64,000 nucleotides of DNA from Eledone cirrhosa (lineage: Eukaryota): positions 133,672,001 through 133,736,000 of the forward strand of contig OZ024744.1 in assembly GCA_964016885.1 (NCBI GenBank), in the 5' to 3' direction. The stretch's first letter is position 1. Each line of letters opens with the position of its first letter. Under the pieces are notes generated by a model. It saw only the letters and a program-made list of their open reading frames with translations, had not been told where the DNA came from and did no database searches. Below are positions 49,200 through 60,184 of this stretch, in pieces. The translations under genes were made by a program, and so were the position numbers.

Positions 49200-52090
49200 G
49201 TTAAGTTAGGTCGGGGTTAAGTTAAGTTGTGGTTGAGTTAACTTGGGGTTAATTTAAGTTGGGGCTAAGTTAATTTGTGGTTAAGTTAAGTTGGGGTTAA
49301 GTTAAGTTGGGGTTAAGTTAAGTTGGGGTTGAGTTAAGTTGGGGTTGAGTTAATTTGGGGTTAAGTTAAGTTGGGGTTAAATTAAGTTGGGGTTAAATTA
49401 AGTTGGGGTTAAGTTACGTTGGGGGTAAGTTAAGTTGGGGGCAAGTTAAGTTGGGGTTAATTTAAGTTGGGGTTAAATTAAGTTGGGGTTACGTTAAGTT
49501 GGTGTTAAGTTAAGTTGGGGTTAATTTAAGTTGGGGTTAATTAAGTTGGGGTTAAGTTAAGTTGGGGTTAAGTTAAGTTGGGGTTAATTTAAGTTGGGGT
49601 TGAGTTAAGTTGGGGTTAAGTTAAGTTGGGGTTATATTAAGTTGGGGTTAAGTTAAGTTGGGGTTCAGTTAAGTTGGGGATAAGTTAAGTTGGGGTTAAG
49701 TTAAGTTGGGGTTAAGTTAAGGTGGGGTTAAGTTAAGTTGGTGTTAAGTTAAGTTGGGGCTAAGTTAAGTTGGGGCTGAGTTAAGTTGGGGCTGAGTTAA
49801 GTTGGGGTTAAGTTAAGTTGGGGTTGAGTTAAGTTGGGGTTAAGTTAAGTTGGGGTCAAGTTAAGTTGGGGTTAAGTTGGGGTTAAGTTAAGTTGGGGTT
49901 AAGTTAAGTTGGGGTTAAGTTAAGTCGGGGTTAAGTTAAGTTGGGGTTAAGTTAAGTTGGGGTTAATTTAAGTTGGGGTTAAGTTAAGTTGGGGTTAAGT
50001 TAAGTTGGGGTTAAGTTAAGATGGGGTTAAGTTAAGTTGGGGTTAAGTTAAGTTGAGGTTAAATTAAGTTGGGGTTAAATTAAGTTGGGGTTAAGTTAAG
50101 TTGGGGTTAAGTTAAGTTGGGGTTAAGTTAAGTTGGGGATAAGTTAAGTTGGGGATAATTTAAGTTGGGGTTAAGTTAAGTTGGGTTTAAGTTAAGTTGG
50201 GGTTAAGTTAAGTTGGGGTTAAGTTAAGTTGGGGTTAAGTTAAGTTGGTGTTAAGTTAAGTTGGGGTTAAGTTAAATTGGGGCTAAGTTAAGTTGGGGCT
50301 GAGTTAAGTTGGGGTTAAGTTAAGTTGGGGTTAAGTTAAGTTGGGGTTAAGTTAAGTTGGGGTTTATTTAAGTTGGGGTTAATTTAAGTTGGGGTTCAGT
50401 TAAGTTGGGGTTAAGTTAAGTTGGGGTTAAGATGGGGTTAAATTAAGTTGGGGTTAAGTTAAGTTGGGGTTAAGTTAAGTTGGGGTTAAGTTAAGTTGGG
50501 GTTAAGTTAAGTCGGGGTTAAGTTAAGTCGGGGTTAAGTTAAGTTAGGGTTCAGTTAAGTTGGGGTTAAGTTAAGTTGGGGTTGAGTTAAGTTGGGGTTG
50601 AGTTAAATTGGGGTTGAGTTAAGTTGGGGTTGAGTTAAGTTGGGGTTAAGTTAAGTTGGGGTTAAGTTAGGTCGGGGTTAAGTTAAGTTGTGGTTGAGTT
50701 AACTTGGGGTTAATTTAAGTTGGGGCTAAGTTAATTTGTGGTTAAGTTAAGTTGGGGTTAAGTTAAGTTGGGGTTAAGTTAAGTTGGGGTTGAGTTAAGT
50801 TGGGGTTGAGTTAATTTGGGGTTAAGTTAAGTTGGGGTTAAATTAAGTTGGGGTTAAATTAAGTTGGGGTTAAGTTACGTTGGGGGTAAGTTAAGTTGGG
50901 GGCAAGTTAAGTTGGGGTTAATTTAAGTTGGGGTTAAATTAAGTTGGGGTTACGTTAAGTTGGTGTTAAGTTAAGTTGGGGTTAATTTAAGTTGGGGTTA
51001 ATTAAGTTGGGGTTAAGTTAAGTTGGGGTTAAGTTAAGTTGGGGTTAATTTAAGTTGGGGTTGAGTTAAGTTGGGGTTAAGTTAAGTTGGGGTTATATTA
51101 AGTTGGGGTTAAGTTAAGTTGGGGTTCAGTTAAGTTGGGGATAAGTTAAGTTGGGGTTAAGTTAAGTTGGGGTTAAGTTAAGGTGGGGTTAAGTTAAGTT
51201 GGTGTTAAGTTAAGTTGGGGCTAAGTTAAGTTGGGGCTGAGTTAAGTTGGGGCTGAGTTAAGTTGGGGTTAAGTTAAGTTGGGGTTGAGTTAAGTTGGGG
51301 TTAAGTTAAGTTGGGGTCAAGTTAAGTTGGGGTTAAGTTGGGGTTAAGTTAAGTTGGGGTTAAGTTAAGTTGGGGTTGAGTTAAGTCGGGGTTAAGTTAA
51401 GTTGGGGTTAAGTTAAGTTGGGGTTAATTTAAGTTGGGGTTAAGTTAAGTTGGGGTTAAGTTAAGTTGGGGTTAAGTTAAGATGGGGTTAAGTTAAGTTG
51501 GGGTTAAGTTAAGTTGAGGTTAAGTTAAGTTGGGGTTAAATTAAGTTGGGGTTAAGTTAAGTTGGGGTTAAGTTAAGTTGGGGTTAAGTTATGTTGGGGA
51601 TAAGTTAAGTTGGGGATAATTTAAGTTGGGGTTAAGTTAAGTTGGGTTTAAGTTAAGTTGGGGTTAAGTTAAGTTGGGGTTAAGTTAAGTTGGGGTTAAG
51701 TTAAGTTGGGGTTAAGTTAAGTTGGGGTTAAGTTAAGTTGGGGCTAAGTTAAGTTGGGGCTGAGTTAAGTTGGGGTTAAGTTAAGTTGGGGTTAAGTTAA
51801 GTTGGGGTTAAGTTAAGTTGGGGTTTATTTAAGTTGGGGTTAATTTAAGTTGGGGTTCAGTTAAGTTGGGGTTAAGTTAAGTTGGGGTTAAGATGGGGTT
51901 AAATTAAGTTGGGGTTAAGTTAAGTTGGGGTTAAGTTAAGTTGGGGTTAAGTTAAGTTGGGGTTAAGTTAAGTCGGGGTTAAGTTAAGTCGGGGTTAAGT
52001 TAAGTTAGGGTTCAGTTAAGTTGGGGTTAAGTTAAGTTGGGGTTAAGTTAAGTTGGGGTTGAGTTAAATTGGGGTTGAGTTAAGTTGGGG
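49200..52090 (+). repeat. Tandem duplication, period ~1461 bp
   Basis: Private GTGGTTGAGTTAACTTGGGG variant (ACTTGGGG at 49241 and 50702), followed by the same marker series. Confidence 0.75.
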
Positions 52091-54301
52091 TTGAGTTAAG
52101 TTGGTGTTGAGTTAAGTTGGGGTTAAGTTAAGTTGGGGTTAAGTTAAGTTGGGGTTAATTTAAGTTGGGGTTCAGTTAAGTTGGGGTTCAGTTAAGTTGG
52201 GGATGAGTTAAGTTGGGGTTAAGTTAAGTTGGGGTTAAGTTAAGTTGGGGTTAAGTTAAGTTGGTGTTAAGTTAAGTTGGGGCTAAGTTAAGTTGGGGCT
52301 GAGTTAAGTTGGGGCTGAGTTAAGTTGGGGTTAAGTTAAGTTGGGGTTGAGTTAAGTTGGGGTTAAGTTAAGTTGGGGTCAAGTTAAGTTGGGGTTAAGT
52401 TGGGGTTAAGTTAAGTTAGGTTTAAGTTAAGTTGGGGTTAAGTTAAGTTGGGGTTACGTTAAGTTGGTGTTAAGTTAAGTTGGGGTTAATTTAAGTTGGG
52501 GTTAATTAAGTTGGGGTTAAGTTAAGTTGGGGTTAAGTTAAGTTGGGGTTAATTTAAGTTGGGGTTGAGTTAAGTTGGGGTTAAGTTAAGTTGGGGTTAT
52601 ATTAAGTTGGGGTTAAGTTAAGTTGGGGTTCAGTTAAGTTGGGGATAAGTTAAGTTGGGGTTAAGTTAAGTTGGGGTTAAGTTAAGTTGGGGTTAAGTTA
52701 AGTTGGTGTTAAGTTAAGTTGGGGCTAAGTTAAGTTGGGGCTGAGTTAAGTTGGGGCTGAGTTAAGTTGGGGTTAAGTTAAGTTGGGGTTGAGTTAAGTT
52801 GGGGTTAAGTTAAGTTGGGGTTAAGTTAAGTTGGGGTTAAGTTAAGTTGGTGTTAAGTTAAGTTGGGGCTAAGTTAAGTTGGGGCTGAGTTAAGTTGGGG
52901 CTGAGTGAAGTTGGGGTTAAGTTAAGTTGGGGTTGAGTTAAGTTGGGGTTAAGTTAAGTTGAGGTCAAGTTAAGTTGGGGTTAAGTTGGGGTTAAGTTAA
53001 GTTAGGTTTAAGTTAAGTTGGGGTTAAGTTAAGTTGGGGTTAAGTTAAGTTGGGGTTAAGTTAATTTGTGGTTAAGTTAAGTTGGGGTTAAGTTAAGTTG
53101 GGGTTAAGTTAAGTTGGGGTTAATTTAAGTCGGGGTTAAGTTAAGTTGGGGTTAAGTTAAGTTGGGGTTAATTTAAGTTGGGGTTAAGTTAAGTTGGGGC
53201 TAATTTAAGTTGGGGTTAAGTTAAGTTGGGGTTAAGTTAAGTTGGGGTTAAGTTAAGTTGAAGTTAAGTTAAGTTGGGGTTAAATTAAGTTGGGGTTAAG
53301 TTAAGTTGGGGTTAAGTTAAGTTGGGGTTAAGTTAAGTTGGGGATAAGTTAAGTTGGGGATAGTTTAAGTTGGGGTTAAGTTAAGTTGGGTTTAAGTTAA
53401 GTTGGGGTTAAGTTAAGTTGGGGATAAGTTAAGTTGGGGTTAAGTTAAGTTGGGGTTAAGTTAAGTTGGGGTTAATTTAAGTTGGGGCTAAGTTAAGTTG
53501 GGGCTGAGTTAAGTTGGGGTTAAGTTAAGTTGGGGTTAAGTTAAGTTGGGGTTAATTTAAGTTGGGGTTTATTTAAGATGGGGTTACGTTAAGTTGGTGT
53601 TAAGTTAAGTTGGGGTTAATTTAAGTTGGGGTTAATTAAGTTGGGGTTAAGTTAAGTTGGGGTTAAGTTAAGTTAGGGCTAAGTTAAGTTGGGGCTGAGT
53701 TAAGTTGGGGTTAAGTTAAGTTGGGCTTAATTTAAGTCGGGGTTAAGTTGAGTTAGGGTTCAGTTAAGTTGGGGTTAAGTTAAGTTGGGGTTGAGTTAAG
53801 TTGGGGTTGAGTTAAATTGGGGTTGAGTTAAGTTGGGGTTGAGTTAAGTTGGTGTTGAGTTAAGTTGGGGTTAAGTTAAGTTGGGGTTAAGTTAAGTTGC
53901 AGTTAAGTTAAGTTGAGGTTAAGTTAAGGTGCGGTTATGTTAAGTTGGGGTTAAGTTAAGTTGGGGCTAAGTTAAGTTGGGGCTAAGTTAAGTTGGGGCT
54001 AAGTTAAGTTGGGGTTAAGTTAAGTTGGGGTTAAGTTAAGTCGGGGTTAAGTTAAGTTGGGGTTAAGTTAAGTTGGGGTTAATTTAAGTTGGGGTTAAGT
54101 TAAGTTGGGGTTAAGTTAAGTTGGGGTTAAGTTAAGTTGGGGTTAAGTTAAGTTGGGGTTAAGTTAAGTTGGTTAGTTAAGTTGAGTTTAAGTTAAGTTG
54201 GGGTTAATTTAAGTTGGGGTTAAGTTATGTTGGGGTTAAGTTAAGTTGGGGTTAAGTTAAGTTGGGGTTAAGTTAAGTTGGGGTTAAGTTAAGTTGGGGT
54301 T

Positions 54302-54474
54302 AACCCCAACTTAACTTAACCCCAACTTCACTCAACCCCAACGTAACTCAACCCCAACTTAACTTAACCCCAACTTCACTCAACCCCAACTTAACTTAAC
54401 CCCAACTTCACTCAACCACAACTTCCAACTTGACTTAACCCCAACTTAACTTAGCCCCAACATAACTTAAGCCC
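54302..54474 (-). repeat. Inverted 173-bp satellite block copy 8
   Basis: Junction at 54301/54302; AACGTAACTC plus AGCCCCAACATAAC variant. Confidence 0.95.
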
Positions 54475-56225
54475 TAAGTCGGGGTTAAGTTAAGTTGGCG
54501 TTAAGTTAAGTTAGGCTTAACTTAAGTTGGGGTTCAGTTAAGTTGGGGGTAAGTTAAGTTGGGGGTAAGTTAAGTTGGGGTTAAGTTAAGTTGCGGTTAA
54601 GTTGGGGTTAAGTTAAGTTAGGGTTAAGTTAAGTTGGGGTTGAGTTAAGTTGGGGTTAATTAAGTGGTGGTTATGTTAAGTTGGGGTTAAGTTAAGTTGG
54701 GGTTAATTTAAATTGGGGTTAAGTTAACTTTGTGGTTAATTTAAGTTGGGGTTAAGTTAAGTTGGGGTTAAGTTGGGGTTGAGTTAAGTTGGGGTTGAGT
54801 GAAGTTGGGGTTAAGTTAAGTTGGGGTTAAGTTAAGTTGGGGTTAAGTTAGGTCGGGGTTAAGTTAAGTTGTGGTTGAGTTAAGTTGGGGTTAATTTAAG
54901 TTGGGGCTAAGTTAATTTGTGGTTAAGTTAAGTTGGGGTTAAGTTAAGTTGGGGTTAAGTTAAGTTGGGGTTGAGTTAAGTTGGGGTTGAGTTAATTTGG
55001 GGTTAAGTTAAGTTGGGGTTAAATTAAGTTGGGGTTAAATTAAGTTGGGGTTAAGTTACGTTGGGGGTAAGTTAAGTTGGGGGCAAGTTAAGTTGGGGTT
55101 AATTTAAGTTGGGGTTAAATTAAGTTGGGGTTACGTTAAGTTGGTGTTAAGTTAAGTTGGGGTTAATTTAAGTTGGGGTTAATTAAGTTGGGGTTAAGTT
55201 AAGTTGGGGTTAAGTTAAGTTGGGGTTAATTTAAGTTGGGGTTGAGTTAAGTTGGGGTTAAGTTAAGTTGGGGTTATATTAAGTTGGGGTTAAGTTAAGT
55301 TGGGGTTCAGTTAAGTTGGGGATAAGTTAAGTTGGGGTTAAGTTAAGTTGGGGTTAAGTTAAGGTGGGGTTAAGTTAAGTTGGTGTTAAGTTAAGTTGGG
55401 GCTAAGTTAAGTTGGGGCTGAGTTAAGTTGGGGCTGAGTTAAGTTGGGGTTAAGTTAAGTTGGGGTTGAGTTAAGTTGGGGTTAAGTTAAGTTGGGGTCA
55501 AGTTAAGCTGGGGTTAAGTTGGGGTTAAGTTAAGTTGGGGTTAAGTTAAGTTGGGGTTAAGTTAAGTCGGGGTTAAGTTAAGTTGGGGTTAAGTTAAGTT
55601 GGGGTTAATTTAAGTTGGGGTTAAGTTAAGTTGGGGTTAAGTTAAGTTGGGGTTAAGTTAAGATGGGGTTAAGTTAAGTTGGGGTTAAGTTAAGTTGAGG
55701 TTAAGTTAAGTTGGGGTTAAATTAAGTTGGGGTTAAGTTAAGTTGGGGTTAAGTTAAGTTGGGGTTAAGTTAAGTTGGGGATAAGTTAAGTTGGGGATAA
55801 TTTAAGTTGGGGTTAAGTTAAGTTGGGTTTAAGTTAAGTTGGGGTTAAGTTAAGTTGGGGTTAAGTTAAGTTGGGGTTAAGTTAAGTTGGGGTTAAGTTA
55901 AGTTGGGGTTAAGTTAAGTTGGGGCTAAGTTAAGTTGGGGCTGAGTTAAGTTGGGGTTAAGTTAAGTTGGGGTTAAGTTAAGTTGGGGTTAAGTTAAGTT
56001 GGGGTTTATTTAAGTTGGGGTTAATTTAAGTTGGGGTTCAGTTAAGTTGGGGTTAAGTTAAGTTGGGGTTAAGATGGGGTTAAATTAAGTTGGGGTTAAG
56101 TTAAGTTGGGGTTAAGTTAAGTTGGGGTTAAGTTAAGTTGGGGTTAAGTTAAGTTGGGGTTAAGTTATGTTGGGGTTAAGTTAAGTTGGGGTTAAGTTAA
56201 GTTGGGGTTAAGTTAAGTTGGGGTT

Positions 56226-56398
56226 AACCCCAACTTAACTTAACCCCAACTTCACTCAACCCCAACGTAACTCAACCCCAACTTAACTTAACCCCAACTT
56301 CACTCAACCCCAACTTAACTTAACCCCAACTTCACTCAACCACAACTTCCAACTTGACTTAACCCCAACTTAACTTAGCCCCAACATAACTTAAGCCC
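56226..56398 (-). repeat. Inverted 173-bp satellite block copy 9
   Basis: Junction at 56225/56226; same two variants as copy 8. Confidence 0.95.
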
Positions 56399-59300
56399 TA
56401 AGTCGGGGTTAAGTTAAGTTGGCGTTAAGTTAAGTTAGGCTTAACTTAAGTTGGGGTTCAGTTAAGTTGGGGGTAAGTTAAGTTGGGGGTAAGTTAAGTT
56501 GGGGTTAAGTTAAGTTGCGGTTAAGTTGGGGTTAAGTTAAGTTAGGGTTAAGTTAAGTTGGGGTTGAGTTAAGTTGGGGTTAATTAAGTGGTGGTTATGT
56601 TAAGTTGGGGTTAAGTTAAGTTGGGGTTAATTTAAATTGGGGTTAAGTTAACTTTGTGGTTAATTTAAGTTGGGGTTAAGTTAAGTTGGGGTTAAGTTGG
56701 GGTTGAGTTAAGTTGGGGTTGAGTGAAGTTGGGGTTAAGTTAAGTTGGGGTTAAGTTAAGTTGGGGTTAAGTTAGGTCGGGGTTAAGTTAAGTTGTGGTT
56801 GAGTTAAGTTGGGGTTAATTTAAGTTGGGGCTAAGTTAATTTGTGGTTAAGTTAAGTTGGGGTTAAGTTAAGTTGGGGTTAAGTTAAGTTGGGGTTGAGT
56901 TAAGTTGGGGTTGAGTTAATTTGGGGTTAAGTTAAGTTGGGGTTAAATTAAGTTGGGGTTAAATTAAGTTGGGGTTAAGTTACGTTGGGGGTAAGTTAAG
57001 TTGGGGGCAAGTTAAGTTGGGGTTAATTTAAGTTGGGGTTAAATTAAGTTGGGGTTACGTTAAGTTGGTGTTAAGTTAAGTTGGGGTTAATTTAAGTTGG
57101 GGTTAATTAAGTTGGGGTTAAGTTAAGTTGGGGTTAAGTTAAGTTGGGGTTAATTTAAGTTGGGGTTGAGTTAAGTTGGGGTTAAGTTAAGTTGGGGTTA
57201 TATTAAGTTGGGGTTAAGTTAAGTTGGGGTTCAGTTAAGTTGGGGATAAGTTAAGTTGGGGTTAAGTTAAGTTGGGGTTAAGTTAAGGTGGGGTTAAGTT
57301 AAGTTGGTGTTAAGTTAAGTTGGGGCTAAGTTAAGTTGGGGCTGAGTTAAGTTGGGGCTGAGTTAAGTTGGGGTTAAGTTAAGTTGGGGTTGAGTTAAGT
57401 TGGGGTTAAGTTAAGTTGGGGTCAAGTTAAGCTGGGGTTAAGTTGGGGTTAAGTTAAGTTGGGGTTAAGTTAAGTTGGGGTTAAGTTAAGTCGGGGTTAA
57501 GTTAAGTTGGGGTTAAGTTAAGTTGGGGTTAATTTAAGTTGGGGTTAAGTTAAGTTGGGGTTAAGTTAAGTTGGGGTTAAGTTAAGATGGGGTTAAGTTA
57601 AGTTGGGGTTAAGTTAAGTTGAGGTTAAGTTAAGTTGGGGTTAAATTAAGTTGGGGTTAAGTTAAGTTGGGGTTAAGTTAAGTTGGGGTTAAGTTAAGTT
57701 GGGGATAAGTTAAGTTGGGGATAATTTAAGTTGGGGTTAAGTTAAGTTGGGTTTAAGTTAAGTTGGGGTTAAGTTAAGTTGGGGTTAAGTTAAGTTGGGG
57801 TTAAGTTAAGTTGGGGTTAAGTTAAGTTGGGGTTAAGTTAAGTTGGGGCTAAGTTAAGTTGGGGCTGAGTTAAGTTGGGGTTAAGTTAAGTTGGGGTTAA
57901 GTTAAGTTGGGGTTAAGTTAAGTTGGGGTTTATTTAAGTTGGGGTTAATTTAAGTTGGGGTTCAGTTAAGTTGGGGTTAAGTTAAGTTGGGGTTAAGATG
58001 GGGTTAAATTAAGTTGGGGTTAAGTTAAGTTGGGGTTAAGTTAAGTTGGGGTTAAGTTAAGTTGGGGTTAAGTTAAGTCGGGGTTAAGTTAAGTCGGGGT
58101 TAAGTTAAGTTAGGGTTCAGTTAAGTTGGGGTTAAGTTAAGTTGGGGTTGAGTTAAGTTGGGGTTGAGTTAAATTGGGGTTGAGTTAAGTTGGGGTTGAG
58201 TTAAGTTGGTGTTGAGTTAAGTTGGGGTTAAGTTAAGTTGGGGTTAAGTTAAGTTGGGGTTAATTTAAGTTGGGGTTCAGTTAAGTTGGGGTTCAGTTAA
58301 GTTGGGGATAAGTTAAGTTGGGGTTAAGTTAAGTTGGGGTTAAGTTAAGTTGGGGTTAAGTTAAGTTGGTGTTAAGTTAAGTTGGGGCTAATTTAAGTTG
58401 GGGCTGAGTTAAGTTGGGGCTGAGTTAAGTTGGGGTTAAGTTAAGTTGGGGTTGAGTTAAGTTGGGGTTAAGTTAAGTTGGGGTCAAGTTAAGTTGGGGT
58501 TAAGTTGGGGTTAAGTTAAGTTAGGTTTAAGTTAAGTTGGGGTTAAGTTAAGTTGGGGTTACGTTAAGTTGGTGTTAAGTTAAGTTGGGGTTAATTTAAG
58601 TTGGGGTTAATTAAGTTGGGGTTAAGTTAAGTTGGGGTTAAGTTAAGTTGGGGTTAATTTAAGTTGGGGTTGAGTTAAGTTGGGGTTAAGTTAAGTTGGG
58701 GTTAAGTTAAGTTGGGGTTAAGTTAAGTTGGTGTTAAGTTAAGTTGGGGTTAAGTTAAGTTGGGGTTAAGTTAAGTTGGGGTTAAGTTAATTTGTGGTTA
58801 AGTTAAGTTGGGGTTAAGTTAAGTTGGGGTTAAGTTAAGTTGGGGTTAATTTAAGTCGGGGTTAAGTTAAGTTGGGGTTAAGTTAAGTTGGGGTTAATTT
58901 AAGTTGGGGTTAAGTTAAGTTGGGGCTAATTTAAGTTGGGGTTAAGTTAAGTTGGGGTTAAGTTAAGTTGGGGTTAAGTTAAGTTGAGGTTAAGTTAAGT
59001 TGGGGTTAAATTAAGTTGGGGTTAAGTTAAGTTGGGGTTAAGTTAAGTTGGGGTTAAGTTAAGTTGGGGATAAGTTAAGTTGGGGATAGTTTAAGTTGGG
59101 GTTAAGTTAAGTTGGGTTTAAGTTAAGTTGGGGTTAAGTTAAGTTGGGGATAAGTTAAGTTGGGGTTAAGTTAAGTTGGGGTTAAGTTAAGTTGGGGTTA
59201 AGTTAAGTTGGGGCTAAGTTAAGTTGGGGCTGAGTTAAGTTGGGGTTAAGTTAAGTTGGGGTTAATTTAAGTTGGGGTTTATTTAAGATGGGGTTAAGTT

Positions 59301-60011
59301 AAGTTGGTGTTAAGTTAAGTTGGGGTTAATTTAAGTTGGGGTTAATTAAGTTGGGGTTAAGTTAAGTTGGGGTTAAGTTAAGTTAGGGCTAAGTTAAGTT
59401 GGGGCTGAGTTAAGTTGGGGTTAAGTTAAGTTGGGCTTAATTTAAGTCGGGGTTAAGTTAAGTTAGGGTTCAGTTAAGTTGGGGTTAAGTTAAGTTGGGG
59501 TTGAGTTAAGTTGGGGTTGAGTTAAATTGGGGTTGAGTTAAGTTGGGGTTGAGTTAAGTTGGTGTTGAGTTAAGTTGGCGTTAAGTTAAGTTGGGGTTAA
59601 GTTAAGTTGCAGTTAAGTTAAGTTGAGGTTAAGTTAAGGTGCGGTTATGTTAAGTTGGGGTTAAGTTAAGTTGGGGCTAAGTTAAGTTGGGGCTAAGTTA
59701 AGTTGGGGCTAAGTTAAGTTGGGGTTAAGTTAAGTTGGGGTTAAGTTAAGTCGGGGTTAAGTTAAGTTGGGGTTAAGTTAAGTTGGGGTTAATTTAAGTT
59801 GGGGTTAAGTTAAGTTGGGGTTAAGTTAAGTTGGGGTTAAGTTAAGTTGGGGTTAAGTTAAGTTGGGGTTAAGTTAAGTTGGTTAGTTAAGTTGAGTTTA
59901 AGTTAAGTTGGGGTTAATTTAAGTTGGGGTTAAGTTATGTTGGGGTTAAGTTAAGTTGGGGTTAAGTTAAGTTGGGGTTAAGTTAAGTTGGGGTTAAGTT
60001 AAGTTGGGGTT
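56226..60011 (+). repeat. Higher-order repeat unit, 3786 bp (internal deletion near 58700)
   Basis: Same marker order, but the last two GGCT cassettes are absent before the AATTTGTGG unit near 58790. Confidence 0.8.
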
Positions 60012-60184
60012 AACCCCAACTTAACTTAACCCCAACTTCACTCAACCCCAACTTCACTCAACCCCAACTTAACTTAACCCCAACTTCACTCAACCCCAAC
60101 TTAACTTAACCCCAACTTCACTCAACCACAACTTCCAACTTGACTTAACCCCAACTTAACTTAGCCCCAACTTAACTTAAGCCC
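60012..60184 (-). repeat. Inverted 173-bp satellite block copy 10
   Basis: Junction at 60011/60012; third unit reads AACTTCACTC (private variant). Confidence 0.95.

Larger units (their letters stand above)
54220..58075 (+). repeat. Tandem duplication, period 1924 bp, junction near 56160
   Basis: Inverted blocks at 54302 and 56226 share AACATAAC; AAGCTGGGG variant C at 55508 and 57432. Confidence 0.85.
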
